A stretch of 64,000 nucleotides of DNA from Phyllosticta citribraziliensis (Eukaryota): the NCBI RefSeq assembly GCF_038025025.1, contig NW_027117345.1, positions 186,001 through 250,000 of the forward strand, given 5' to 3'. Under the pieces are notes generated by a model. The model saw only the letters and a list, made by a program, of their open reading frames with translations. It ran no database searches and was not told the DNA's origin. Positions within the stretch are counted from its first letter, which is position 1; every line of letters starts with the position of its first letter. Both the position numbers and the translations under genes were made by a program. Shown piece by piece: positions 48,164-60,771 of this stretch.

Positions 48164-50541
48164 ATGGCCGGCTGGTTTGCATCCTCCAACTCGGCCCTCG
48201 ACGACCAGGTCGAGCGCGCCACCTCGTCCAGCTTGTGAGCTCTCCGCGCCGCCGCAAACCACCCTCACTGACATCCCACAGGGAGGACATTGCGCTCAAC
48301 CTAGAAATCTCCGACATCATCCGCTCCAAGACTGTCCAGCCCAAGGAGGCTATGCGCTCGCTCAAGAAGCGCATAGGAAACAAGAACCCCAATGTCCAGC
48401 TTGCCGCCCTCAACGTGCGTGCCCTCATCGCTCTCAACTGCTCAAGTTGACCATTCGCAGCTCACCGATACTTGCGTCAAAAATGGGGGCGACCACTTCA
48501 TACTCGAAATCGCCTCGCGCGAATTCATGGACAACCTCGTTTCGCTCCTCAAGGCATACGGGCCCGCCGAAGTCAACCTGGACGTCAGGAGAAAGATACT
48601 TGAATTGATACAGTTTTGGGCCATCGCCGCAGAGGGCCGCCCGCAGCTGAACTACATTACAGAAACCTACAGGTCGTTGCAGCGCGAGGGGTACCAGTTT
48701 CCTCCGCGCCAAGAGGTCCTCAGCAGCATGTTTGACAGCAGCGCGGTAAGTGGTCTTGGTCCCTTTTAGATCCCTCACTCAACGGCCATAGCCGCCCGAG
48801 TGGACCGACTCGGATGTCTGTCTGCGTTGCCGAACCGCCTTCACCTTTACAAATCGCAAACACCACTGTCGCAACTGCGGTGGCGTCTTTTGTGGCGCCT
48901 GCTCCAGCAAGACTATTGCTCTGCCACACTTGGGAATAATGCAGCCGGTGCGGGTGGATGACGGTTGTCATGTCAAATTGACAGACAGGAACCGGGTAAC
49001 GCCGGTGCCCAGAGGTTTCGACGCAGCAAAGCCCGCCAAGACGCTGTACCAGGGATCGCTGGAGCCGCGAAGTGCGAGGGTAGAAGACAGCTTCGATGCA
49101 GATTTGAAAAAGGCTTTGGAAATGAGCTTGGAGGAGGTCAAGGCAAACACCAGTGCCGGCTATGTCCCGCAGTCGCAGCTGCAATCCAAAGCACCAACCA
49201 ACGGCCAAGCGCAGAATGAGGAAGAGGAGGATGCCGACCTGAAGGCAGCAATCGCTGCTTCGTTGGCAGACATGGAGGAGCAAAAGAAGAAGCACGCGGC
49301 TCAACTCATGCAGCATTCCTCGGGAGAAGCGCCAGCGGTGGCACCGAGGAACGACTATGAGCTGGCGCCCGCAGAGGCCGAAAATATAAGTCTTTTTGCT
49401 ACACTGGTTGACAGGCTACAACATCAAGCTCCCGGGACCATTTTGCGGGAGCCGCAGATTCAGGAACTGTACGAAAGTATTGGCAAGCTTCGACCAAAGC
49501 TGGCGCGGACGTACGGCGAGACTATGAGCAAGCATGGTGAGTTGCTCCGAATGAATCCTGGCTAGGCTAACATTTGCAGATACTCTGCTCGATCTACATG
49601 CCAAACTTTCGACAGTTGTACGTTATTACGACCGCATGCTTGAAGAGCGCCTTTCCAACACGTACAATAATTCCGGATGGGGCTACCAGGCCGCGGGATC
49701 AAATCTCTATCCTAGACTCGCCTCGGGTGCCCCAGAAGCACCTGGACCATCAGCTGCTGAAAGCTTTTACACGGGCAACAATGAGCCATATGGAAGACCG
49801 CAATCCATGTACCATCAAGGTCAACCGCAGCCTGCGCCGTCCTATTCCAACCGGCAATCTATGCCTCCCCAAACCTATCCGCCCCCGGAACAATATCAAC
49901 AATACCCGCCACAAAGCTACGCACCGCCGCAAGCCCCAACTCCCAGTGCGCCGTATCAGCAAGTTGGTCCTAGTGAGGGCCCGAGTTCGTTGCAAGGATC
50001 GCCCCAGCTGCAACGAAGGGTATCCGCCACGGCACCGTCGGTGCCACCCGCAGGGCAATATGCGCCTTCGCAACCGCCAATACCAGACGACCCCAACGCA
50101 GCGTACTACTACAACAACAACCAGCCGGCCACCGCGGCGCCACAGGAGCAACAGCCACCGGCGCCGCAACCACAGCCGCAGCCCTCTTCGCCCCAGATGT
50201 ATCACCAGCAACCGCTCGCGCAGCAACAGCCACCTTCGTCGTATTGGCAGCAACAACAGCAACCGACGCCGCAACAACAACCACAAGCACAAGCTCCTTC
50301 GCCTGCTGCTCAACCGTCGCAGCAGGCTCCGCAGCCCCAGCCGCAGCCCTACTGGCCGCATCAGCAACCGCAGCCTCAGCAACCCAGCCAGCCTCCTCCT
50401 CCTCAGCAACAACAGCAGTACGCTCCGCCGACGCAACAGCAGCCGCCGCCGATGGCGACAGGATACGGCGCCGATGCTTTCCCGGCCGCGCCGACACACG
50501 CGCCGACGGCGCCGAAGGAGGAGGCGTTGATTGAGCTGTAG
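48164..50541 (+). CDS. VPS27: ESCRT-0 subunit Vps27/Hrs; exons 48164-48234, 48282-48414, 48461-48745, 48792-49536, 49580-50541
   Basis: VHS domain ([19 protein letters not shown]), FYVE (RKHHCRNCG), two UIMs ([24 protein letters not shown]), P/Q-rich region, and C-terminal clathrin box LIEL. Confidence 0.96.
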
Positions 50542-51103
50542 TTGTAGATTTGCTGGGAAGGGGGATCGAATAGAGGAGCGGGGTGTGGGGAAGCGAAGAG
50601 GCTAGATACATAGGCTGTGAGGGAGGGGGTGGGAGTGTTTGTGCATAAGTATGAAGGACTTGGGATCTGGAAAGGAGGGGGAGTAGAGCGGGAAGGGAAG
50701 GGAGTGGTGGGGATGCGAGGCGGTGCGAGGCAGGTCAATCAAGACTTCTTTTTCCTCTTCCTCTTCTTCTACTTCTGCTTTTGTCTACCTGCTTGACTGC
50801 TTGACTGCTGCCCTTCTTTTTCATATTGTCACTGCCAAGGTATCTTGGTGGCGCGGATGGTCGACTTTGCTCTGGAGCTGTTGTTTTGTGCATGCTGAGG
50901 GGGGACGGTAAAGGAGGGAGAGAGTATGTGGAGGGTGCGGGGAGTCGCTGTAATAAACCACATCATCATCTTCATGATTCGATAATTCTGGCGGGGGGGG
51001 TTTTTTTTTCGACCCGTTTTGCGATGGCGCATGCACGCATCTACAAATCTACTTACTTACATAGCCACTTTAGTCTCTTAGGCTTAAGCAGATTGTGTCC
51101 TGT

Positions 51104-51104
<1 letters not shown>

Positions 51105-51141
<37 letters not shown>

Positions 51142-51156
51142 GAGCAAGCGAGCAAG
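51105..51156. repeat. (CAAG)n microsatellite with a degenerate CGAG end
   Basis: Seen directly in the sequence. Confidence 0.95.
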
Positions 51157-53634
51157 TAGATGCGTAGGCGTGAGTACCACGCTGTTGCATTTCTAGCCTT
51201 CTATTGTCTTTTGCTCTTAAGTGTCCATCTTCCTAACTAGCTAGGTAGCCACAGACCAAAACCCGGGGAAAGCAGGAGGGAGGCCAAGGCATCCACCCAC
51301 CACAGTGGGTGTCTCAAGAAATTGCTCCCGGCAATACAAGTGCTGCGTCAAGGGAGCGTTCGTTCATCGCGACAGCTGCGCTTGGGGAGCATCAATCCAT
51401 CTACTGCGCCATCTAGATAGACCTAGGAAGTCTCGTTTCTTTCTACACCTACTGTGATGGATGCCGTGGGGAAGGGAGATGTCCTCTGCGTGGCGTTGCG
51501 CCTGGCTACACATCTGCTCACCTCTGCCTTACATAGAACCCACGTCTCCTCCCTCCGTACACGACGACGACCGCCTGTCCGTCTCCAGCGTACCTACTCT
51601 GCACCTCCGCACCACCAACCAAACGAGTCCCGTCATATCTCGCCAACACGACCTCACATTAGCAGCCTGCCACACGCAGCGACTCGGCAGCAAAGCAAGA
51701 GAGTCGAATCAACAGAGAGAAAGAAAAAAAGAAGAAGAAGAAAAAGAAACGGCACAACGCGTCCTCTCTTCTCCTTTCTTGTTGTCAGCTTCATGCCGTC
51801 CGTAATCAACGCCACGCGTCTCCCGTTACAGAGATGCGGCTGTCAGATGGGGTTGAAACATATTGGATCGTGGCATCTCATCATTGTGGTGTTGTTGTTG
51901 TTTTGGTACATAGTGGTGGTGGGGGGGTTTGGGTACAGGGGGGACTTAGGCTTGGGCTCTAGAATGTCAGCATCAGTACGGCATATACCTAGGTGCAGTG
52001 CATGTGAGTACGAGGGGCAGCTGAGGTGTCTTGCGTTGCGTCGCGCCGCCTGGCGTCCACTGCCGCCGCCGCATGTTTGACGCTGAGCACCGCGACCGAC
52101 TCTTCTCAGCCTGGCCCGGCCGTGTCCAGCTCAGCTCGACTCAGCTCAAACCCATCGCCATCGTCCGCGACTGCCTGGCCAGCCAGCCAGCCATCCAGCT
52201 GCAGATATGATATAGCATCGATCATTCCAGCAGCCGGGTCAGGCCGAGCCAGGCGAGACGGCAAGGACCGCAGACAGACAGACGGACGGGTAGCCGAGCG
52301 TCGCGAGCTCTTCGACCAGGCGAAAGCGCGATGAGCGAGCGGATGCACCGTACCCGTAGGCATATGCATAGCTGCGGCCGGAATGCCCAACGCGCAGCGA
52401 ACAGCGCAAAGCAGAACACGCGGAAGCGAAAGCATCCAAGAGCGGCGGAAAAGCAGCGCTGTGACAGGAGAAGCCGACAGCGACGAATTGAGATACAAGG
52501 TGAGGGACGAGATGCGTGGTGTTGTTGGGGTGAACACGACCATCGAGAGCAAAAGAAGACGGCTCGGTGCGTGATTCTTCCGACCGTTGATCTTCGGGCC
52601 GGAGCCGAAGCCTCCGCCAAACCCGCCGGGGACCGACCGACTGCCGTGCATGGTTCGGCAATTCCTTCCAGGTTGCAATAAACACCTCACGCGGCACCTA
52701 CCTGTACCCACCGCAGCCATCCGACCTGACCATCCCGTCCCTCCAGCATCTCGGCTGCTGCGGTGTCCCTCGATCCAACGGCGCAAACCCGACAAACACG
52801 ACCGGTCATCCCGAAACGCGTCTGTACCGACGGCGTGGCTCGGTTCCTCGTTCCTCGGCTCGGCCTGGGCTGGGCTGGGCTGGGCTGGGTAGCCTGGGCA
52901 GCTTGTTGGGTACAGGTACCGTGGTGTAGATTGGCTTCCACCTAAGGCGCGAGGCGGTGCCGTATTCGGGATTCGTTAGGTCGTGACGGGGATGACAGTA
53001 CAAAGGACGTGGATGAGGTGTGGTGCTGCTCGATTGTCCGTATTCGTGTGGGAAGCTAGGTAGGTTCAGGTAGGTTGGGAGAGGAAGAGGAGCTTGATGG
53101 AAATGATTGTGTCTCAAGATGCGTGTGTTCAAAGTCTATGTTGATTGGTATGTATCTTGTACTCCTTGTGGTCGTTCTCGTTCTCGTTCTCGTTCTCCAC
53201 CACTACCTTGCGGATGCGATGCTCCGCAATCGTGCGTCCTCAACTCTCTCGCGTCCTGTGAACGTTTGCCCTGGCTCAACCTGCGGCGGCGTTTGATCGC
53301 GCCTGTCCATGATGTATCTGTCCATGTTCTCCTCGTCGCGGCCTTGCTGTCGGCTCAACTTCCCCTGCGCAGCTGATGTTCAAGACGTGAGCATGCGCGT
53401 CATTGTCCCGTTGTGATTGCCCATCTTGTTCCCCCATCGGAGCGCTGGTTCCCCAGGCCGCCCCGCCATGGCCAAGATCGTCGAAAGGGATGCGCACCGC
53501 AGTCGAGCCGCGTCTCGACTCCCAAGCATTTGCGATGCGATCCGCAAAGACCGTTTCCCATCAATTGCTGCGTCCAGTCTTTGCCGTCATGAGCCTGGCT
53601 CGGTGCGTGGCGGCGGGGGCACTCACCGAGATCT

Positions 53635-54114
53635 TCATTCCGCCACGGCAAATGCTCGTTTGGCCTTTTGCCAATCCGACTCCCCAATCGAGATGGTGAC
53701 GAAGCAACCGCCGGACCGAGTCGCCTTGACCCAAAACTTGTCTGGCTGGCAGTCGTCCTGCTCGCCGTCAGAGTCCAAAGTAACCAGCAGCACGCCCCGA
53801 CTCTCCCAGTCCTGGCCGACTGCCACGATGAAGAGGGTGGGATCGAATTCCTTGGACTCGGCTAGCTGCAGGTGGTGATTTACGATGGCCGTCAGGTCGC
53901 GGCCGGAAAAGTTGGAGTGCGCAGGCGGCTTCACGCAGTCGCCGCGACGGTGGATCTCGCATTGCTCTTCGCAAGCTTCCTGGAGGCGGACGAGGTCGGC
54001 GGCGGAGATGTCGAAGAGGGTGTATAGCGCGGCGGGGAGCAAGGGGAGCTCGTCACGCCACTTGCCTACTTCGGGCCCTACTTTGTGGGGTAAGGCGAGA
54101 ATGTCGATGGCCAT
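53635..54114 (-). CDS. Hypothetical protein (159 aa)
   Basis: Single ATG-to-TGA ORF with coding-like codon bias and globular composition (FIVAVGQDWESRGVLLV, ISIGESDW). No family recognised with certainty. Confidence 0.65.
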   Translation of the reverse strand: MAIDILALPHKVGPEVGKWRDELPLLPAALYTLFDISAADLVRLQEACEEQCEIHRRGDCVKPPAHSNFSGRDLTAIVNHHLQLAESKEFDPTLFIVAVGQDWESRGVLLVTLDSDGEQDDCQPDKFWVKATRSGGCFVTISIGESDWQKAKRAFAVAE

Positions 54115-54828
54115 GATTCGAGACGAGAGGTAGGAGCTCTTCGGGAACAGAGAAGAGCGGGAGAAGATGGGTACAAATTAAACCAGTCGCCAGGCAGAAA
54201 GGTGAGGCAGTCGAATGAGTTTAAGCAGTCGAGAGGAGGATGCAACGTGCGACGCGTCGGATCAGCAGCGGACGAGGATGGCAGGCTTCTAGAAGGTCTG
54301 GTGAAGAAGACGAAACCTGGACAGCGGGCGGCCTTGGGACAGCCTTATGAAGCGCGTCCATGGCCGGCTCAGCGAGGAGATGGAAGGACGTTGTCCGTGG
54401 CCAAAGCATGTTACGAGGAACATGGCCACTGAGGCGTTGCGCTTGATGAAACATGCGCCAAAGACCGAGATAGACGCGACTGAAGCGAGAGAGATGGTGG
54501 TGTGGTGATGGGGAATTCGGGCCGCGGACCAGGGCGTGGCAAGGGAGCGGAATTGACCAGCAGAGCAGAGACAGTCGGATTGCGGCGAGGAAACTAATGT
54601 GTGTGGACTTCAGCCTGTTTAGGTCATCGTCTGGGGGCTCGGAAAAGTTGCTGTCAAGCCTCGCATCAAACTTCCCCGCGAACAAGCTTCCACAGCTCCA
54701 GTTTCCCCAGATTGTTCACGGCAACTGAGCCAGACTTTACCTGCGTCGCAATCTCAGACTGCTGCTGGAATAAATCCAACACTTCCCGTCTGCAACCTCA
54801 ACCCCACCTTCAATCGAATCGACTCAAC

Positions 54829-55894
54829 ATGCCCCCCAACGGCACTGACCGCGATGCTCTCGTCAATCGGCAGCTACCGGAGATGGAGCTGTCAGACGGC
54901 ACGGCGGCTTCCCTGACCGGTCCTCCGCCCCCAATTCCTCACTATCTCAACCCTGAAGGGCGTGCTCGCTATCGGTTCGGCGTCGAGGGCAACGCCATTG
55001 GTACGGCCCGCTCCCCCATTGATGAAGCCTGTGCTCACGATACAATTAAGTCACTGGTGGAGCTGGAACCCTGGCATTGGAGGGGGCGCGCGCTTTGCTC
55101 GAGCACGGTGTCAGCGGACTGGCGCTCTTCGACATCAATCCTGCCCATGCCGAGGCGGCAATTGCGGCGCTCCAGGACGACTTCCCCGACGCCAACGTGA
55201 TTGCCAAGAAGGTCAACGTGACGGATGCCGACAATGTCAATGCCGCAGTACGAGAGACGGCCGAGGAGCTGGGGAGCGTCGACGTCCTGTGCTGCTTTGC
55301 GGGCGTCGTTGGCTGCACGCATGCGATCGACATGTCCCCGGAGGAATGGCGTAGGGTCCTGGAGATCAACACCACGGGCTCGTTTCTGTGTGCACAGGCA
55401 GCGGCCAGGTACGGATCCGGAGCTTGGGCGGCGAGTTTGGACCAGCTGACCTGGGAAACGTTGCAGGCAAATGATTGAGCAAAAGTCCAAGGGCTCCATC
55501 GTCTTTATTGCGTCCATGTCGGGCCACAGGGTCAACTACCCCCAGCCCCAGGTGGCGTACAATGTGTCCAAGGCCTCGTTGCTGCATCTCAAGAATTGTC
55601 TGGCCGCCGAGTGGGCTCGTCATGGCATTCGCGTCAATACCATCAGCCCGGGCTACATGGACACGATTCTGAATGAAGGTGCCGGCCTGGAGAGGGCGCG
55701 CAACAGCTGGGCCTCGCGCAATCCAATGGGAAGGATGGGTCTGCCCGAGGAACTCACAGGACCTCTGATTCTGCTCACGTCGCATGCAGGAAGCTACATC
55801 AACGGTGCAGACATTTTGGTAGACGGTAAGACGAGCGATTCCATACGGCGGAGCATGGCTGACTCGAACGTTAGGTGGAGCTGTGGTGTTTTAG
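54829..55894 (+). CDS. Short-chain dehydrogenase/reductase, D-arabinitol 2-dehydrogenase / sorbose reductase-like; exons 54829-55000, 55051-55408, 55467-55825, 55875-55894
   Basis: AIVTGGAGTLA Rossmann loop, IASMSG, catalytic YNVSK, IRVNTISPGYMDT and VDGG. Three introns. Confidence 0.9.
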
Positions 55895-56635
55895 ACGAGA
55901 GAACGTGGCAGCGCTGTTTGTTTACATGACCAGTGAATGAGAGACGCAAGTGGTGGTGGTACAAAGGCTCGGCAGGACCATTGTCGCGGTATGGAGGTGC
56001 AGGTGGTTGTTTGGTATTATTGTGGAGCTTGTTTGGTGTTTGTTTATGGGGTGGGTGTTTTGGGCAGAGGCCGCAGAGGCGCCGTGAACGGACGGCATCA
56101 AGGCCGCCGTTGGGTTCTTGTAGAGATTACCCCTCAGCGGCAATCCCGGATGCGTCTTGACAAGTGAAAGTCACATTGGGCGGCTGCGCGTCGAGCAAGG
56201 AAGACGGTAGCACACTGGGTGCAGCTTGGGTGTGGAGTGGGTTGGTGGTTGTTCACTTCAGGACCAGTTGCTACGGGGCGGCGGCCTTAGCTTCGTCGCT
56301 TACCTCTGCGGACTGCAGTGGGTGCCGTGGACGGGAACGCCCAAGGTACCTTAGCGCGCCTGCTGCCCGTGAGCTCACAACAACACCCACCGGCCACCAC
56401 CCACAGCGACCCGGACAGCCTCGCCCAGCACATCCACGTCCGTCCGCCTCGCAGGCTATTCCCAACCCTCGCTGGCCATAACCCCTCTCCGTGACTTCCA
56501 GGCACCCTCTCACCTCTGCTCTGCGTCCTGCCATGGCCTCCTCCGCCCTCTAGACGCCGCCATCGAGACGTGTCGCAGCGCGCGCTGTCCAACCTACCCC
56601 TCTGACCGGCCCTTCTGCCTCTGCTATCTTTACGT

Positions 56636-58581
56636 ATGGCAGCAGTCTCCATACCGCCCTCTCCGCAGGCCCTCTCCACCATGTCTTCTCGCCGCATGCC
56701 CTTGGCCAACGTTCCCAATGGCACCAACTCGCCCTACCGACCCCCGGCTGTGGCTGCCACCAAACGCACCCGCTCCTACGCGAGCGAGCAGCGAGACCTC
56801 ACCTACGCCCAGCAGCCGCCCTCCAAAAAGCTCATTGTCGAGGATACCGACGTAGAGAACCGACGCCACGTCTTGCTCCAAAAGGCACGACAGGCTCAAA
56901 TTTCTGCAGCCCAGAAAAAACAACAAGACGTCACGCGCGATCTGAGGTTGTCCTCCAGACCCGTGGAAAAGAGCGCAAAGCCCCTCCACGACAACTACGA
57001 GACGATTCGCCAGTGGCAGAAACACTATAGGAAGGCGTTTCCGCAGTTCGTCTTCTACTTCGAGAGCATACCCGAGGATGCACGGACCAAAGCCACCAAG
57101 CAGCTGCTGGCTCTGGGAGCGGTATGACGTCTCTTCGTTGTCGTTGGACCAACTCGCTAACTCCCCACAGCGCGAAGAAAAGTTCTTTTCCAAATCAATA
57201 ACACACGTCGTCACCCCGCGGCCCATCCCGCCCGAAAATACCCACCAAGATGCCGGCCAACCACGCACCATCAACCCCGCCGTCCTCGACCGTGCTGCCG
57301 ACCGCACGGCAGAATCTCGTGCCAAAATGGAAAGAAAGTCTGGAGACATTCTGCTCAAGGCCAGGGAGATGGGTCTGAAAATATGGGCCATGGAGAAGCT
57401 GGAACGAGTACTCAAGACCATGTTCGCTGGGGAAAGTGGAGAGCAGGATCAAGAATACAATGCCCGCGGCTCCACAGCCACGATTACCGCCAAAAGCCGA
57501 GGCGCGCCGGATCTTGAGCAGCTCTTGCGCAACGAAAAGGTCAATGGCCCCGCCGACAGGGATCTAGCCGTATCTACCAAGGACGCAGCCCACTTTCGGG
57601 GCTTCTACGTCTATGTTCACTGCATGAATGAAAAGTACCGCCCTACCATCCTGCGAGACTACGACAAGCCGCGAACAAGGGAAGAAGGCAAGTGGCCGCA
57701 GTTTCGTCTGACTGCCCTAGGTAGGTGTCCCTTTGTGGAGGATCCACACCACTTGAAAAGGTTGCAACAAGAAAAGAACATGCCCAAGATGTCTGCCAGG
57801 GCTCGTGCCGAATCGAACATTCGGCAGCTGGCCGCCAAGTCAACGGCTATCATCAGGAAGCCATTGGCGGAAAACGGAAATTCGGCGCGGCGCCCGTCGA
57901 TATCAAACGACATACACGACAGTGGCTCCAAGCCCCTAGAACCCCCTCAATTCATTCCATCCAAAGCCAAGGACACAGAGTCGGCGCCTCTCTTTGGGAG
58001 TGCACAGGCGAGCCTTCGCACCAAGCCGCACTTCATTGGGGGTATGCCTATAGCCTCTGGAGTCCAGCCTTCCAACATTACCTCTGCCATTCAATCACAG
58101 CAGGTGACTTCTTCGACCGCCGCGGCGCCCACTGGTACCGCTGGACAGAGCAAAGCGTTCCATCAGCTCAGCCGCAAGGTGCTCGAAAAGAATAGCGCTC
58201 CCAACAGCGCAAACTCGTGGACGGCAGTCAATGAGCCCCACGCGCCAATCCCAGTGCCCAGGCCCACCAAACGCAAGGCTCAAGACAATCTTGGGGGTAT
58301 CCACGAGGAAGAGGAAGAGGAGGAGGACGTCAAGCCCAGGCAAGTTGTGTATGCTCGCCGGAAGAAGCCAGTCGAAAAGGAACCTAAGCCCGGGTACTGC
58401 GAAAATTGCAAGGAAAAGTTTGATGACTTTGATACGGTACGTCTGTTGATTTAAAGGAAGTGACCATGCTAACTTGTAACAGCACGTCATCAGCCGCAAG
58501 CATCGCAAGTTTGCCCTGAATCTGGACAACTGGGGCGAACTCGATTGTCTGCTCGGCGAGCTCGAACGACCCGTTCTGTGA
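56636..58581 (+). CDS. DBF4: Cdc7 regulatory subunit Dbf4/Dfp1/NimO; exons 56636-57121, 57171-58436, 58483-58581
   Basis: BRCT-like motif N (WQKHYRKAFPQFVFYF..FFSKSITHVVT), motif M (YRPTILRDY..GRCPF) and zinc-finger motif C (KPGYCENCKEKFDDFDTHVISRKH). Confidence 0.95.
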
Positions 58582-60294
58582 GTTGCGCTCGGCCTCTGCC
58601 CACCACTCCCGACGGCGGCCCCCATCTTCTTTCCACCACTATTCGGCAATATCTCTGCGCCCGTGAGAGCGACCGGTGCTGTTTGGAGTCCGGAGTCGGA
58701 GTCGGAGTCGGCCTTCTTCCTTGTTTAGCCTGCAGCAGCAGCAGCTTTCTCTCTGCACGCAACGTATCCTTTGCGGCGGCTGGACGGCTGCCTGCCTGCC
58801 TGCCCCCTTCTTTCCTTCTCTTGTCTGTATGCGTATACGTACAATACCCCATCAATCATGACTGCTGCTGCCTTATAATTCGGCATTCGTCGGGAAGTAG
58901 GGGGGTGGGGATTGAGGAAAGGGAAAGGCGAGGGGAGCGGGAGCGGGAGGTAGGAAACGAGGGCGGCTGCTGCTGCTTCTCTACCACAGTGGGTACTCTG
59001 GCATTTCCATGGCGCATGCTTGCATCGATCAATCAATCAGTCAGTCAATCAATCGTCTGCATCCAATTCATCAGTCAATTCATCAGTCCATCATCCGAAT
59101 ATCCATATGTCCGTCAGTCGGTTGTGTCGTCTTTCCTCCTAGCTTGCTACTCTCCAGATCCCTCCCGCCCTTCCCTCCCTCCCATTTTCCCCCTTTCTCC
59201 GTCATCCCTCGTTGAGATGAGTTGAGTTGAGTTGAGTTGTAGTCAAGGCGAGGAGAGAAGCGTAAGGCGAGGGGAGGAGTACTTCAAAAGAGTCTTTTTT
59301 GCCTTGTGTTCGGAGGACTTGGTACTTTTACTTGCTCCCTGTTGGCCAACACCACGGTTGTATGTCTTGCTGTTTACCTGCCTGCCTGCCTTCCTACCGT
59401 CCGGCACCAGCACAGCAAAAAGAGAAATAAATGGTGGTTGACGGCGGTAGGCAGCAAAACGAACGACGAGGCAAAAAAAGAACAAAATGGCAGAACGTTA
59501 GCAGAGATCGCGAGTTGAACTCACGACCTCCGCTAACGCCCCCCAGCCCAAGCACTCATTATTAGACCTGTATTGTAACAATGCAAGCCGAGTGCCCCTA
59601 GAGGTCGGTCACGCTGGCGTTTCCCAGCCTCGGATAACCTTCACGCAAGCTCTCTCTGGGCCAGTTGCTGAAAGTAATCTCGCGCTTTTGATTTATATAG
59701 GTGCGTAAATGTTGGCCGTAGGCGGTGGGCGGTGGGCGCTATGGTCAGGGTGTTGACGCCTGCCTGCTGCTGGCGTCCCTCCTCCTCCTCTCTGTTTCTG
59801 TTCTTCGTTGCGTGTCTTGTTGCTTTGGTTTGCCTTGCCTCGTGGGTCGGACCGCCGTCGCGTTCTAGTTGTTTCGTCGCTGGTCCTGCTGCCATGTCGT
59901 TGGAAGCACGCAGAAACCGTAGGTGGTGAGTGCCCCATTGACATTGAGCTCTTCCTGACTATCACCTAGCATTTTTGCAATCAATGCACGTCTTATCCAT
60001 CTGCATCACTCGCTGCTGCTGCGTTAGTCTGCCATGTATCTAGCTAGCTGGCTATACGCCATGTCCTGTTCACCTGCGCCCTTCACGTCGGCCTACCTCG
60101 AATCTGACGGTGCCAAACACCCCTCGCACTCCCCGAAGCAGACCTCAAGATTCGTCAACATCGACCCAGAGGGTCGTCTCCTTTGCATCATCGGTCGCTA
60201 CTCCCATTGTTGCCCGTCTCCCCACCCTAATCTAGAGCTCCCTGAACACACTCGCCGATGAGCTCGCCCGCTTGAGGATTCTGTCGTGGCCTCC

Positions 60295-60771
60295 CTAAGG
60301 CCAACCACTGGAAGGAAACTCCCCTGAATAACCAATCCCTTCCAGCCACTCGTCCTCTACCGTATCATCCCCCATAAGTCCAACATTCGCTCGCACCCAG
60401 TGAGTATCCCGTGTGCCGAGATTCAGTCTGCACGCAAATACCCGTCGAACTCGTGCAGGCCATCGTGTGAACCTGGTCTTGGCAGACCATTCCGATACCA
60501 CGTGCTTCAACATTCCGGCTCTCACTAGCTCGATGAGGCTGTCGGTTTGCCAACGCTCCTCTTCCGGAGTGTACAAAGGCGGACGACTCTAGAGCTTTTC
60601 TCTTCTGTACGAGTCAACCCGGACCACCGGACCGTCATGGATTCCGCCGCCTGGTACTTCCTTCGCAGTACCATCTTTCCGCCTGCCTGTCACCACTGTT
60701 GCTTCTCTCACCAAAACTTCCAACTCAACTCCGTCGCATTGTCCCCTCTCCCACCAACATTCCCACCTCAA
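60295..60771 (-). mobile_element. Degenerate Ty3/gypsy-like pol fragment (start of reverse transcriptase)
   Basis: One frame with a single internal TAG at 60589-60591. It reads PPLYTPEEERWQTDSLIELVRAGMLKHVVSEWSAKTRF, resembling the gypsy RT N-terminus pattern Y.P.E.....(l..l..AGii....SPWsa...F). No YxDD motif, LTR or integrase seen. Confidence 0.5.

Noticed and set aside
50600..53600. ORFs of 100-229 aa between VPS27 and the 159-aa gene
   Set aside because: No recognisable domain, rich in simple repeats, and no consistent splice model.
55051..55080. Atypical SDR glycine loop TGGAGTLA
   Set aside because: A tolerated variant. The catalytic Ser and YxxxK are present, so there is no sign of inactivation.
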